Origin: Bugula neritina
Lineage: Eukaryota; Animalia; Bryozoa
NCBI GenBank assembly: GCA_964035545.1
Contig: OZ037767.1
Location: forward strand, 21,592,628 to 21,656,627
Length of the DNA stretch: 64,000 bases
Direction of reading: 5' to 3'
Part shown: in pieces, positions 63,201 through 64,000 of the stretch
Numbering within the stretch: the stretch's first letter is position 1
Layout of the letters: every line of letters starts with the position of its first letter
Notes under the pieces: generated by a model
The model's database searches: none
What the model saw: the letters and a program-made list of their open reading frames with translations, nothing else
What the model was told of the DNA's origin: nothing
Position numbers and translations under genes: made by a program

Positions 63201-64000
63201 TCACAAACAGGCCCACGCAGGGGTCAAGAGAGTGATATCCAAATTACGACTCCGGTGGTATTGGCCACAAATGGAGCGTGACGTCCGGCTCAGAGTCAAA
63301 CAGTGTGAGATCTGTCAGGCCAGTAAGGTTAGCCGTCCCCCTGGTGAGGCAGGACGGCGGAGGCTATATGCTGGTAGGCCCTGGCAAGTAGTCGCTGTAG
63401 ACCTGGTCGGACCCATGCCCCTGACCCCCAGAGGCAATAGTTGGATCTTAGTACTAACCGACCACTTTACTAGGTGGGCGGATGCTCTGGCTATCCCAGA
63501 TGCGTCAGCCCCAACAGTGGCCAGGGCACTAGACCAACATGTATTCTGTTATTTTGGTCTCCCCGAACAGATACACTCTGATCAAGGCGCTCAATTCCAG
63601 TCTCAACTGATGAGCGACCTTTGCCACCTCTGGGGAGTAAATCAGAGCCGGACCACCCCCTACCACCCTCAAGGTAATGGGGTGGTGGAGCGCAACAACC
63701 GGATGCTAGGTGATGCGCTCCGGAGTCTCCTCCTTGGACGAGGCCAAGAGGAATGGGATACGGTGTTGCCGCAAGTCATGCGTGCATACCGTAGCACCCC
63801 ACACACCAGTACTGGTGAGACCCCAAACCTCTTGATGCTCGGGAGAGAGACTCGTGTCCCTGACCATCTCACCTACCACGTTCCAGAGCAAGACAACTCG
63901 GTTCACGAGTATGCCAGTGAACTAGTGGAACGGATGAAAGCCGCACACGATATACTGCGCGAACAGCAGTGGAAGGTGCGGCACGAAGATTCCGATGAAC
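60250..64000 (+). pseudogene. pol: Pol polyprotein in the -1 frame, with an in-frame TAG at 60871-60873
   Basis: LIDSGC protease, K*DAILGMPFL, WRFCVDYRKLN, LIYLDDV (RT), ILDTDTS..ELLAV..TDH (RNase H), H-H-C-C, VDLVGP / HSDQG / VERNNR (integrase); frame appears open from 60874 to the window end. Confidence 0.88.

Larger units (their letters stand above)
59004..64000 (+). mobile_element. Ty3/Gypsy LTR retrotransposon (3' part outside window)
   Basis: 5' LTR, PBS, gag, then pol in PR-RT-RNaseH-IN order; sharp GC increase over the host. Confidence 0.96.

Noticed and set aside
59234-63906. Antisense and alternate-frame ORFs within the retrotransposon
   Set aside because: Expected shadows of GC-rich gag/pol coding sequence; no motifs.

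Overview
AT-rich, intron-rich animal genomic DNA, probably a lophotrochozoan invertebrate (taxon is inference only). The ORF track is mostly exon fragments and repeat artefacts, so genes were assembled by hand from splice signals. Gene order: probable first exon of an off-window gene (-), CTDNEP1 (+), TRAPPC3 (-), ODF3-like (+), TNPO3 (-), short SPIDR-like (+), COPB1 (-, with a 5'-truncated LINE in intron 1), ATF4/5-like bZIP (+, with the classical uORF1/uORF2 layout), an unnamed chymotrypsin-fold protease (+), PGPEP1 (-), and a Ty3/Gypsy LTR retrotransposon running off the right edge. The most striking unexplained pattern is seven 0.4-1.2 kb tracts with a phase-locked AGT/ACT triplet every 6 bp but variable intervening triplets. 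Each lies in the inferred first intron of a gene: six housekeeping genes plus the unidentified left gene. No such tract is evident in ODF3, SPIDR or the protease gene, and both retroelements inserted inside such tracts. Also notable: a ~110-bp hairpin-forming element shared by two bidirectional promoters, a Gypsy -1 frameshift cassette, and an intracellular Ssy5/NAL1-like protease with a DSGxxS degron.
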